From assembly GCA_013239625.1 (NCBI GenBank), contig MU054323.1, positions 3,460,161 to 3,524,160 of the forward strand: 64,000 bases of DNA, written 5' to 3'. Of the stretch, positions 41,000 through 53,825 are shown piece after piece. Within the stretch, counting starts at the first letter, position 1. The number at the start of each line of letters is the position of its first letter. The notes under the pieces are model-generated. The model made no database searches, had not been told where the DNA came from, and worked only from the letters and a program-made list of their open reading frames with translations. The DNA comes from Lama guanicoe. Lineage: Eukaryota. The translations under genes and the position numbers were made by a program.

Positions 41000-42130
41000 A
41001 CGCTAATGGCACCTAACACATCGAGCCCAAGTCGCCGTTTCTTTCATACCCACACCTGTCTACCGGAAGCTTTTCCTGGACACCCTCGGGCCCTCGAGAA
41101 CGCCCACACTTGTTTTCACAAACCCACTCCTTCCTCTTCGCCCACTTCCAACTCGCACGCTTTTCGGGATTCGCCCGGCCTTTCCCCCCTTTCCGAACCC
41201 AAGGGCTGGGCGGACGAACAGCTCGGTCTCTAACCCCATGCGCGCCGAAACCAAGGAAGAGTCGGGTGGGCCCCCCAGCGCCGCAAGGCTGAGGCGTGGG
41301 GGCGGAAAGGAAGCGGGAAAGCCGAGAGCACCCCCTTCGCCGGGCGCACACCCCCTTCCGGCACCCCTCCCCCTGCATTGTGCGAGCGGGCCCGAGGCCG
41401 CAACCGTCCTGGGCACCCCGCAGGCCCCGACCGCCCTCCGGCCGGCGGGCTGCCCCGCCGAGGCCGCCACACAAAGCCCAAGGAGCCAGCCCTGCGCCGC
41501 CAGAGCACGGGGAGAGGTGCAAGCGCAACTGACTTACGGGGCTGCTGCGGCCGCGCTGCCTCAGCCGGGGACACCGACCGTTGGGCACACGGCGGCGTCG
41601 CTCTTGGCCTTCTTCCCCTCCTCCGCCTTCGGTGGCGGCAATATCTTCTTTCAGGGTGAGACACAGAGACTCACAACAACATGGCTGCCACCGCCGCCTC
41701 CCCTCCCCTCCCCCTGCCCGCCGAGCGCGCGCAAGGCACTCCGGGAGAAAGGGGAGGGGGAGCACTCACCGAGGTGCGGCTCCTCTCAGTGGCTTCCGAC
41801 GCTTCTCCCGCGCTTCAGGCGCCGGCCGGCGGGAACTCTGCGCGTGCGCACGCTCTCTGCGCTCGCGCGTTTCGGCCGTCCCTCCAGCGTGCGCTTCCCC
41901 GTCCTCACCTTGCGGGCTCTGGGCTGGTTCTGGGCTCGGCGGCGGCGCCAAGCGGGAGCGCGCGCCGGCCTAGGGCGGCGCAGGCGTGGTGTTTCCGAAA
42001 GCTGCTTTGGTCTCTGTTTCCCCGTGTGGGGCTTCGCCTTCCGAACTCGCTTACCCTCAGCTTCCTGCCCCGTAGCTCATTGTTCTCTCCCAACTGCCTG
42101 TGCGAGTGTCAGCGCCCTGGACCGTGATGT
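41000..42130. promoter_or_regulatory. CpG island / PUM2 promoter
   Basis: Abrupt GC- and CpG-rich block in otherwise AT-rich DNA at the 5' end of PUM2. Contains NRF1-like TGCGCGTGCGCA (41839-41850), E2F-like GGCGGGAA (41828-41835), YY1-like AACATGGCTGC (about 41678-41688) and GC boxes. Confidence 0.93.
41538..41720 (-). other. PUM2: PUM2 non-coding first exon (5' UTR); 5' end approximate
   Basis: Lies in the CpG island and ends at a strong minus-strand donor CCC|GTAAGT (intron starts 41537). The TSS cannot be determined from sequence. Confidence 0.75.
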
Positions 42131-43138
42131 ATTACTCGCACTTCGCTTTTGGGGTGCAGGTACCCACAAGAGCTGGGCAGTAATTCAGGCCTTTAGGTTT
42201 CACCATTGCTCTCTGCAGCAAGACGATGGAGACGCATTTTGGGTGGAAATGTGAACCCCTTAAGTGGACTGTCATTCTCCTAGTGGTTATTCCATGGGCA
42301 AGTGGAGCCGGCTCAGTAAATTGCTGCCACCCCGATGCTTGACCAGGTAAACACAAAAGAACTCAGGTGGTTCTCCTGCCAGGCCACTCCTGGCTGCTTC
42401 CCAGGTCTGGATTTCTGTGACAGGCTCTTAACTAGCCTTCCTGTGGTCAGCCTCACTACCTCCAGTCAGTTCTGGTCGTTGCTATCCAAAATGAAAATCT
42501 GACTCCTGGAACACATGCCTTGCCTTCAGCTTCATTCTTCCTGTTACCCACACTGCATTTCCCAAGTGTGTTCTGTTCAGTGCTAAAAGATGTTCCTGTA
42601 AGAAGTGTCCCATAATCAGGTAAGTATGGGAGACACTGGGATGTACGTATTTTGCTGCTTTCTCCTTTCCCCTCCATTGGGCTGATAATAGCAAAAGAGT
42701 CTTTATGTATAGTTGCTTAGTCCAGGTGAAAATAGGTGCACCCATAAGAGGCCCTCCCTCAGAATTTGGAACTGGGGCTAAGAGATCCCAATCTCTCCTT
42801 GGGAAATCTTTTAAACCTGGCCTCTCTGAGCTTACTTGAACGACCATGTGAACAGGAAACCCATAAAGAAGAGTGGAGTTGAGAGAAAAAGAGATTATGA
42901 CATTTCCTTTACCTTTGTTCCTGTACCGTGTTGGCTGCCTCTTCCTTTGGATTCTGAAACACGTCCCTTGATTCATAAAATGAATTCTACTTTTTTCGCT
43001 TAAGCTAGATAAAGAGAGTTTCTGTTACAACCAGGAATTGTAACTAAAAGCCATGTGTATACCATAGTTATTTATTTAGTGCTTACAGTATGCAAGCACT
43101 AAAGCATTTTCCATGTCTCATTTTAATATCCCCGTAAG

Positions 43139-43340
43139 CAGGGCAGCTTCATGAGCCTGTGACCTGTGCCTCACACAGGCCACAGCCTTGCTGAGGCCAC
43201 AAGGCCTCAAGCTTAAGAAGTCTTCTGCTGTTTGTTTAATGTTCTGCTGTTGTCATCTAGAAAGTATTAATAGTTTTTGAAAAAGAGGGCCGCCTCATTT
43301 TCATTTTGCACCGGGTTCCCCAGGTTACATAGCTCATCGA
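43139..43340 (+). mobile_element. MER53-like hAT element
   Basis: CAGGGCAGCTTCATGAGCCTGTGACCTGTGC...CATTTTCATTTTGCAC resembles the MER53 consensus as recalled. Confidence 0.7.
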
Positions 43341-45147
43341 GGCTTCTTGACTACTAGATTGCTTAGCACCTTTAAAATCAAAATATGCTTTGTAAATATC
43401 CAAGTGAGGGACATAGTATGCAACATTTCCCAAACAAATTTGACTCTAGAGAACTTTACTTCATGGTAAATCTCTTAGAGGTTTCATGCTGTGGAGAACA
43501 CATATCAAAGCCCAACCCTTTAGGATCAGACTCTGCCTATCTCCAGCTCCTGATTGCCTATGTATGGTGAGCCGTTTTCTTGCTTCTGTGTCTTCACATA
43601 TGCTTTGCAGTCTGGCCTTGCTCATTATGCACCTTCTGATCATAGTTGGCTTCCTTTGTAGATTTACCCACAAGGAAAGAATGCACTCCTCAGCTACTAT
43701 AAATATCAGGTGTGCTTGATAGTTAAGGTGGTGGACATTGTAAACATCATTGACATTGACGCCTGACAGCCATTTTAACCACCCAGGAGCTTACTAGAAA
43801 TGCAGGATCTTGGCCCCACTCCAGACTTTACTGAATCAAAATCTGCATTTTAACAAGATTCCTGGGCAATTCCTCTACACAATAAAATTTGGGAAGCATT
43901 GGTAATCCAATCACAATAATTCCATCTCACTTAGTAGGAACAGGTTCTGTAATGGTTATGTCATCTATTTTGAGCCAGCGAGACACAAAAGTGGCAACTC
44001 AGAGCATCTCGGAGGGGAAAAGCCAGTCTATCTCCCCTCCTGGATGTAAACAAGACAACAAGGAAGCATGTTGCCTTAGTTCGTGCTGTCAGGTGTCTTA
44101 TGACACAAGGGAACTTAGACTGTGGCCAAGACTGCCAGTAGTATTCATTCTCCCCTCCTTTAGTAACAGACAGGTCCAGGGAACATTTCTGTGGGCTGGA
44201 GGAAGAATAGGATGGAATGAGTACCCTACACTTTCCAGCAACACTCATTGCTTCTTAGGAATGTGTCTATGTGGCCTGTTGAGACAAGTGGTTCTCAACC
44301 AGAGTTGCATATCAGAATCACCTGGACAACATTTTAAAGATATTAATTTACAGGCTCAATCCAGAGATTTTCATCTAAGAGGCCTGGACTGAAGCCTGGA
44401 CACTGATATTTTTAAAAAGCTCCTTAGTGGTTATACTGTTTGTAGCCATCGAGAACTACCAGTTTAGACTGATCACATCTTACAGCGTAATGCCATTTCA
44501 TTATTCCCTATGCAGATGTCTCCTCTCCAGTGGAACTGCTCATGAAACCTCTTGTAAACTCTTTTGATAACTTAGTTGTTTTTTATAAAAATAATTTAAG
44601 CCATTATAAAAACTTCAATAGAAGTTCAAATATCCCAATTTTAATATCACAGAAATACTACAAATATCCACAGTTGATGAGCACCATTATTACAAAGACA
44701 AATACCGATAGAAGGATGGATAGAGAGCTACGTAGTGAGACAGTAGCCGGAATAGGCTCAGTCTGCACATGGTGTTCTTAAAGTACAGTGTTGAATTTAG
44801 TCTTACTTGAATTTAACAAAAGAAATAACTGAAGGAACTACTGGGATGCATGTTTTTTCATTGCAAGAGAAATTGACTAGTAAAAGGTTAAACACAGTGA
44901 TAGAAATTGTTAATGGGACAGAGTAACTTTATCAAACTATATACTTCAGTACTGATCAGTACTGAGTTGAGTTCCCTGCTATGAAAGGTAGATCAGCACA
45001 CTTTCACTTCCTTCTACCACTTCCCTGTACGTCCTAATTTTTTGATTATACTATTTTTCACTTTATCAGTTTATAATATTTACATTTTATTTTTATACAT
45101 CATTTCCATATTAATTTATCTTAGTTTCAGTATTTAAGTGTACTGTT

Positions 45148-45290
45148 TATATTGAAGTATAGTTGATTTACAATAATGTGTTACTTTCTGGTGTACAGCA
45201 AAGTGATTCAGTTATATATATATCATATACATATGTATACCTATATGATATATATATTCTTTTCCAGATTCCTTTCCATTATAGTGATTG
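45148..45290 (-). mobile_element. Short LINE-1 3' end
   Basis: TTGAAGTATAGTTGATTTACAATAATGTGTTACTTTCTGGTGTACAGCAAAGTGATTCA is the reverse complement of the L1 tail at 47630-47690. Confidence 0.85.
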
Positions 45291-46454
45291 CAGTAAGCAG
45301 TTACCACCCTTGGGGGAATAGAGGAGAGATAGGAACATTAGTGGACTAAGAAACAAAAAATGAGCCCACAGAGTTGGGGCTTGGACCTCTTCGGAGGGTG
45401 TACCCTGGTTGCTCGTACCTCAGGAGTCTAGAAAAGAGGCCCCCGGGAACTGGGCCTTAGACCTCTGTCTGAGGAGGGGCCCTGTCCAGCCTCTGCTTAC
45501 ACCTCCCAGGGGGTACTATCAGGCTAATTCTGCGAGGGTCAAAGAAGCTAGAAATTAAAACCAGCTGCAGAGTTGGCTGAAGTGCTATTTTGAGATCATT
45601 GTCACAGGAGTAACATGCAGACTGGAAGGGGCAAGAAGCTTCTCCTTTTTTGCACCTTCTAATCTCTCTCTAGGTGCCCATAATTGGCAGTGTCCAGCTG
45701 ATAAAGAAGCATCATTTGCAGAATCCCAACATCAGCATCACAAAGTTTGGAGCTGAGAGACAACAGATTAATAAGCAGTACGGATGATGATAAAACACCA
45801 GAATGAGGTGAAAAGGACGATTGGAGGGCTAAGGAAACATGGAAACACAACACTGACTACACCATTGTACAATTTGGCTGAAAACTGAATTAATAACTTA
45901 GTGAAAAGGCTTGATTTAAATATAGTGAATTTTCAAGAAAAAGACAAAAATTAAAGCAATTAGGAGATGATACATGTGAAGGACAAAGTTTTTTTCCCCC
46001 CAAAATTCTTTTTAATAGTATCTTTACCTTAACTTTATAATAGTGGTTGTATAAATGTTTCCAGTATGAATAGTCTTTGTCCCTGAAGTAGAGAATCTCT
46101 CAAAGATCAGAGAAAAAATATTCAGAGCCAATATACAGAAAAAATTGCCTGAAACGATAAAATAACTTAATGTCCAAATATCAAGGTTATATTGTACTAC
46201 CAGGAAAATCTGTTCGAGACATTGATAGTGAGACATATGTGATTAAGACACTGAACTTCAAAAGTAGAGAAAAAAATTCTTAAGTAGGTTAAAATCAAAT
46301 CAGCCTCAGTTTCTCCATAAGACTTCCATAAGAGCAATGTTCACAAAGTCCCGAGGGGAAAAAGAGCAAGACCCAAGAATAGTTGTTGCTTGAGTTTAAA
46401 TAAAACAAAATGGCATTTTCAATTATGGAATAACTTAGGGAATATGAAGCTATC

Positions 46455-46859
46455 ATGAAAGATTGCAAATGGACACAAAGTCTTTGTAGGTTCTCTCACC
46501 AAAAGACAGTCAGTTTCTTCATCTTTTAAATCCATGCTGGCCTTATGATTTGCTCTGGCTAGTTGTAGCAGAAGGAATGCTATATAAGCTCTGAGCCTAG
46601 GCCTCACTCTCCCTCTCTGCAACCATGTGAACAGGCTTGAGCAAGCCTGCTGGAGGGGCTACAGAGGGCCTTGGCTGACCGCCAGACCGCAACCAAGCAT
46701 CCCTGCCAAGCCACCAGCTGACTGCAAGTCCATAGATGAGCCCAGGAGAGACCAGCTGAACCTCCCAGGTGAATGCAGCCCACTTGACTAATCCACAGGA
46801 TTGGTATCTAGGAAATGACTTTTAGGGGGTGGTTTGTAACCCAAGTAGAAGCTGATACA
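46455..46859 (+). mobile_element. MLT1-family MaLR LTR
   Basis: CCAGCTGACTGC...GAGCCCAG...GGGGTGGTTTGTAAC...CTGATACA terminus. Confidence 0.65.
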
Positions 46860-46929
46860 TGATGAAATCCATATAACCAAATCAAAATGAAATCAGAAAT
46901 AAAGAAGCAATAAACAATAAATATGTTTA

Positions 46930-47698
46930 ACTGGAAAGGGTGTGGAGAAAAGGGAACCCTCCTACACTGTTGGTAAGAATGTAAATTGGTGCAGCCACTA
47001 TGGAAAACAGTATAGAGGTTCCTTAAAAAACTAAAAATAGAGTTACCATATGATCCAACAATCCCACTCCTGGGCATATATCTGGAGAATACTAATTCAA
47101 AAAGACACATGCACCCCAGTGTTCACAGCAGCACTATTCACAATAGCCAAGACGTGGAAGCAAACTAACTGTCCAACAACAGATGAGTGGAGAAAGAAGC
47201 CTGTATGTGCACACACAATGGAATATTACTCAGCCATAAGAAGAATGAAATAATGCCATTTTCAGCAACATGGATGGATCTAGATTATCATGTAAGTGAA
47301 GTAAGAGAAGGACAAACACTATATGCTATCACTTATGTGTAGAATCTAAAATATGACATGAATGAACTTACTTACAAAACAAACAGATTTACAGAGGTAG
47401 AAAACAAACTTATGGTTACCAAAGGAGAATGGGTTGGGGGAGGGATAAATTGGGAGTTTGGGATTAGCAGATACACACTGCAACATATAAAATAGATAAA
47501 CACCAAGAACCTATTGTATAGCGCAGGGGGCTATATTCAGTATCTTGTAATACACTATAATGGAAAAGAATCTGGAAAAGAATATATATATATATATGTA
47601 TATGTGTGTGTGTGTATACATATATATATATGAATCACTTTGCTGTACACCAGAAGCTAACACATTGTAAATCAACTATACTTCAATTTAAAAAAAAA
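46930..47698 (+). mobile_element. 5'-truncated LINE-1 (ORF2 end + 3' UTR + poly-A)
   Basis: [22 protein letters not shown]...TMEYYSAI peptide, internal (TA)n/(TG)n tract, ends CAACTATACTTCAATTTAAAAAAAAA. Confidence 0.93.
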
Positions 47699-48401
47699 TG
47701 GGGATTTGGGTTGTGGTATGTTTTGGGTTCTGGAAACAGTTGTAGCTTGAATAAGCTGTAGGGCCTGTGGTTTGTTTGCTTGTATTCTCTGAGTGGTTGA
47801 GCATGAAGCCAGGGCTTTTGTGATCTTATATGTTCCATTGCCCCTGAGGAAGAGGCTGGCTGAATATTAGAGGGAGAGCCAGAGGCATTTTCCTGAATAT
47901 AAACATGCCTAGATAGGGTGAGGTTCTCCCAGCTTTTTATGGTTTCTCAGGGGGGAAATCCTGGCCATTTGGGCATTTGAGAGTAACAGTTTCCTTGGCT
48001 TAAAATAAGAAAGGTAGGTCCTAGAGACTGGGAGATCTATGACTTCGTCCAATGTCCCTGATCAAGGCAAGGGCAGAATTGGAACAAGAGACTTTATCCT
48101 ATCTCAGACATGCCACACTTCCATAATTCCGAGTATGACTTGCATACCCTCGGGGTGAGTTCTGAGACTATTAAGTGAGTCAGAGAGTCCAATTATGCTC
48201 ATAAATTCAAAAATAAATCACCATCAGTCCATGATGTCAAGGAAAATCTGCTAGTATCTTTTGCTTTATAGACTTCCAGGGTTGGAGATTTTGAAAGTAT
48301 ATGTATTTTCTCATTCTGTCATTAAACTAGAGATGCATTCCCATAGGAAAAAATACATACAAAATATTATTGAAAACTTCCAAGTAGTGTCACAGGCTCA
48401 C

Positions 48402-49265
48402 TGTGAAATTGTGCTTTATAATAAAAAATATATATTTGGTCTTAGGCCCCATTCCTGGCACAAGAGCTCCTAAATCCCTTGGAATTTTCTGCATAAAGAG
48501 AGAAACAAAGCTTTCTCTTGCTATTTATAACAGGTCTCTTTCAACCACACCTGGGCTTACGAAGGCGACTTATGGAAAACCCCTAAGGATGGGGACTGGT
48601 GGCCAGGGGAACCAACTGGGTAATTAAAGGATTGGAGCTTTTGGCCCCACCACTTGACCTCCAGCAGAGCAGGGAGGGGCTGGAGATTGAGTTCAATCAT
48701 CAACAGCCAATAAATTAAACAATTATGCTTACGAATGAAGCGTCCCAAACCCCTAGACAACTGAAGTTCAGAGAGCTTCTGTGTTGGTGAACGTGTGTGG
48801 GAGGATGCTGGCAGGATGGCATACCTGGAAAGGGCAAGGAAACTCTGTACCCCTCTCCCCATTCCTTGTCCTATGCATCTCTTCCATCTGGCTGTTCTGA
48901 GTTATATCCCTTTATAATAAACTGATAATCCAATATTTAACTATTTTCCTAAATTCTGTGAGCCTCTGTAGCAAATTATCAAAACCAAGGAGGTTGTTAT
49001 GGGAACCTGGGAAACTTTGATTTAATAGGCCAGAAGCACAGGTGACAACCTGGACTTGTCATTGGTATCTGAAGTGGAGGAAGGTGGGGCAAGTCTTCTT
49101 TTACTGGTGGCCCTTATCCTGTGGGGTTTGCTCTAACCCCAGGGGGATAGTGTCAGGCTTGAATTGAATTTTAGGATACCCAGTTAATGTCCACAGAGAA
49201 CTGGAAGATTGCTTGGTGTGGGAACCCCCACCCCCCACCCCCGCACCCATGTATTTGGTGACATG
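48402..49265 (+). mobile_element. MER21-like solo LTR
   Basis: Starts TGTGAAAT; contains GAGCTCCTAAATCCCTTGGAATTT and TATAATAAA; homologous to 57325-58211. Confidence 0.75.
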
Positions 49266-52200
49266 AAGTGGAGTATTAAGAGTAGCAGGGAAGGGGAAAG
49301 AGTTTTTTCCTTTAGTTGGTACCTCGAGGAAACAGAGTTTTTCCTATTCGCTCACCCTCACTGTTCACGGTCCCCCATGGGCTATATGTGTCAAAAGGAC
49401 TTTAAGATAATCCTCCCATTGCTGAAGCTCACAGAGAAGGCTGATCCCAGAAAGAAAACACAGCATGGCAGGGAAAACCAAACTGTCACATCATGTAGTC
49501 TTCTCGGGTTGACAGGTAGAGCCAAGTTCAGCATTTTATAGAGCATATTAGAGATAAGCAAGTCCACCTTTGAAATACAGACATAAGCAAAACCTAGGAT
49601 ACCTTGGCCATGACTAGTAACAAATGATTTCAAGCAAGAAGTAAACATCCAAGAGCAAACTACACCTTGTGGGACAGTATCAGCGTGGGCCCCACAAACT
49701 TGGACGTGAAGGAATCCTCGGACAAAGGAAACCTAAGTGGAAGGAACTATTGTCTTCGCCACACTAGTTATAGATTTTCACTAGCTTCTAAGTGAGGAGA
49801 TACAGGAGGCCAAGATCAGAACCTTCTGCCCAGCATTTATAATTTTTGTGGTTCTCATTCCAGGGTATGTGCTCTTCGTTCTCAACTAATCCTTTTGGTG
49901 TCTACATAAAGTCCCAAATAAAACCTCAAGATTTTGCTATAGATGATATCAGAGCTGGGTGAATCTTATTGAACTATTCAAGTCAAAAGCCTAGTGCAAT
50001 TGGTCAAAACAAGATGAGTCACTGCCCTTTCAGGCTGCTGCTTTAAACAAAATTCTGTCTGGGGATACCTTATGGTCCATGCATATCATGCTGAACACCT
50101 GTCGTCACCCTCCACAGGTGCCATGTACTAGCCTGCTTCTGCATCCTTGTGCCCACCATCAGTGTCCTGTCTTCACGAGGGCCCTTGTGTACTTACATGC
50201 CCACCGGCATGCACATTCACAGGGTCACCATCTTCACTGGACTATAATTTATTAAGTCCAGATCATTGGCTTGTCCCTTCCTTGATGCCTGATTTTCATT
50301 TTATTTTCAAAGAAATACAAGATCCTCGGGTTGAAAGCGTTTCCTCATGGTAGCCTCATTCTTCCTGTTTGCTCAGATCAGCAGTCTGAGTCATCCCTGG
50401 AGTCATCTTTGACTTTTATCTTTCTCCCATATCACTCAATCCATCAGAAAATCTTGCTGGCTCTGCCTTTGAGCCAGATTAAATAATAAACCCAGATTCC
50501 ACATGTTTCTTACTGCTTCCACCACGACCATTAACCACTGTGGTCTGGGCTACCACCATCCCTCAGCTAGATTACTGCAAAACCTTGTCTCCCTGACCCC
50601 ACTCCTGCCCAGTTCCAGTCTGTTCTGCAACTAGCAGCAAGTTTGTTCGTTTTATAACTCAAGTCAGATCATGTCTGTCCTCTACTCAGAACCCTTTAGA
50701 CATTGCCCGTGTCACTTGGAATAAATTCAAAATCTTTACCAAAATCGTGATCTGGCTCCCAGCTACCTCTCAGATCCCTTCCTCTCACCCTCACTTAAGC
50801 CACACTGGACCCTGGGCTGTTCCTAAAACATACCAGACACTCTTGCTCAGGGTCTGTGTGTTTTTAATTCCTCTGCCTAGACATTTCCCCCAGATACATG
50901 CAGAGCTCACTTTCTCACTTCCTCCAGGTCTCTGTTCAAATTCTCTTTATTGGGAAGATCTCTGAAAACATTGCCTCAGATAACGCATGTGTGTGCATGC
51001 TCACACACACATACACACACTCATACACTCATGTCCTTTGTAGGCATTCTGTACAAGGGGTTACTCTGACTACTTTTTCTTCTTGGCACTTAGCGCCGTC
51101 CCAAGAATTATTTGTGTATTTATTATCTGTCTTCCCCACACCAGGAGGGCGGGGACTTTGTGTGTAGTGGTCAGTGCTGGACCCCAACTCCTAGAACACT
51201 GCCTGATGTGTGGAGCGAATGAACTCCTCATGGGAGGTGTCTACTCACGCTTGCCTAAGCATCTCTGGGGGAAAAGCTTTTATAGGGATTCCCTCCAGAC
51301 CCTCTGAAGAGATGCAGTTAGATGTCTGGCTCTGCTTCTGTCTTCACCACAGGGGGCTGCTGCCCAGGGAAAGTGAGGTTGAGATGTGGGAGAGCTGACA
51401 CTGTGAGGTGTTTATGACACTTTTGGGGAATGCAGACTCCATGAATTGGAGCCATCCAAACCAGTCTGACAGGAGTGAGGACAAGATTCTGCCCAGACTT
51501 GTCAAAATTCTGCCTCAACTAGAGAATCCTGGGGGCTTCCCAAGCCCTAATTCTGTCCATGCTGAGAGAGACTTGCAAAGTGGGCCCTGTGACAGTCCCA
51601 CCGAGTTCTTGCTAAGGGCCAGGGACTGAGACAGTGAGGGGGACAGGGCACTGTCCCAATGCACAAGGGATAAGGGGGCTACAATCTGTTTTGCATGAAA
51701 CCAGCAGCTACAGGTAAGCAAGCCTTACTTTCAGAGTCATATTTTCATTAGACGAATATTTCTTAAGTTCATGCTATGTGCCAAGCATGATTTAGACCTT
51801 AGAGGACTGCTCTAGGAGCTGAAGGTTCCGGAATGGGGACCACAGGGCCTCAGAGAGGGGCCAAAGTTGGCTCAGGAGAGCACCCAGACCCCCTTCAGCA
51901 CAAGCCTCCCCCTTTTCTCCTTTAGGGAGGCAGCTGAGTTGTCAGGGGCTGCCCCTCCACCTCCAACAGGGGCTGGTGACCCAAGGAGGCACCGGGTAGC
52001 CTCTGGAAGTTCCCACAACAGTGCTCACCATGAGGACCCCTAGGCCCCTCCTGCTAACTGCTGCCAACTCCCTGAGGGGTTGAGGGATGTCTCCACCACC
52101 TGCTGCCCTGTGCTCTGGACCTGGAGTTTCACTTGCTGATGGGCTCTCCCCTCACTGCCTGCTCCTGGGCACTGGCTTTGTGGTTTACTGGGGTCAAGGA

Positions 52201-53569
52201 GGACTGTGCCTGGTTCGGAAGCAGAAAACAAAACAAGTAATATTTTTTCAGGACAGGGAATTTGGGGGTGCTGGCCGTGGGTGAGGATGTCTTAGGAGAG
52301 ACAGGAGAGGACCAAGTTACAAGGCAGTCAGTCATGTTGGGAGTTTAGGATGGAGCTCAGACCCCAACACAGAGCCTAGGCTCTGATGCCCAGAGCCAGT
52401 CCTGACTTAGGCAGATCCCCCTTGCCCCAGGGCCAAGGCCTGGAGGGCAATGGGAGGGCCACAGAATCCCCAGGAGGGCAGGATGACTCCTGAGGTCATC
52501 CTGTGAGGATGGCTTCACCATTCACCCTCAGGTATAGGGGCCTCAGGGACCAGCTCAGACTTCTTTAGGACTCTGGGGGTGGCAGGACTTCTGTGATAAC
52601 TGTCTTCTCCCTGACAGCTGAACGGGTGATCACCTGTAAACACCTGGGGGGACATCTGAAACAGCCGAATGAGGCTAAGAATACGCAACGACTGATGTGA
52701 TCTGTTTCCCCGAATTTGGCATGGTCCATCGGACCCATCCTAAGTTCTGGTGATGACCAGCCCAGGGGAGCCGGCGCTGTCCTCACAAGCAGAATGATGG
52801 CATGACTTGGGATTGTCTCCAGGGGTGCCTCCAGCACTGCTGCTCTCTGACTGAAGGGAGGAGAGCTGTATCTCCTGGGTTTTTAGACTTTGTAAGGACA
52901 CTCCAGGCTCTGAGCACAGCTCTTTGTGTCTTTCAGGACTTATTTATACACCGTTCCTCTGAGAGACCCCAGACCTGCTGCAGGGCTGGCCAGAGGTTAG
53001 CGTTTGCAGTCTGAGCATCATGGATGTGCCTGAACATCAGTTGTCCAGGTTGGGGAGGCTGGCAAGTGACAGGAAAGGTAAACCACAGCCAGTAAAGCAT
53101 CCCCGGGGGCCTGAAAATACCTGAAGGGAGGCCCTACTGAATGGGATTCTGCCTCAGAAAGAGGTAGGTGGGAGGTAGAAGACAATCTCATGATTGTTAA
53201 AAATTAGTTTTGTTTTTTGTTTTTTAAAATGACCTTAGCGGCAGCCACAGGATACTGAGGTCTGAACATCTAGGTGAAACCAGCAGGGTTGCTCCAGGGC
53301 TGAGGCTGTAAAGTACTTTGCAAAAGTCAGAGAAATTTCTGCCTGGAACCCAGCTCCTCTGGCACCTTGGTCAGTCTTAAGTTTGTGGGTCCCAGAAGGC
53401 TCCTGAGTCTTTGAGGTTGAAAAGGGAGCTTTTTTTTTTTTTTTATGCATTAGTAAGTTCTCACCAGAGTGGTCTTAAAAATGGCTGGTTTGTTATCTCA
53501 GGCACCAGATAATTTCCCTTTCCTGCTGATCACATTGTACCCCTCATTTCTCACCTATTTTCTTTCTTC

Positions 53570-53825
53570 CTTTTTTTAATTGCAGTATAATTGACTTACA
53601 GTGTTGTGTTAGTTTCTGGTATATAGCATAGTGATTCAGTTATCTATCTATCTGTATTCTTTTTCGTTGTACATTATTACAAAATACTGACTATTTTCTG
53701 GGGCTTTCTTACCTGTAACTGTCATCCCATGCTGTCCGACCTGGAGGGAGCGCCTCTTGATATCTTTGCCAATATGCGCATTACCCTGTGCGTGCTACAC
53801 AGTAGGACCTTGTTGTTTATTCCCA
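53570..53825 (-). mobile_element. Short LINE-1 3' end interrupted by a 90-bp insert
   Basis: Reverse L1 tail on both sides of 53695-53784 (see findings). Confidence 0.85.

Noticed and set aside
41013..42254. Long ORFs (338 aa +, 250 aa -, and others) in the CpG island
   Set aside because: Overlapping ORFs in many frames rich in Ala/Arg/Gly/Pro are expected from stop-codon depletion in GC-rich DNA; no recognisable protein similarity.
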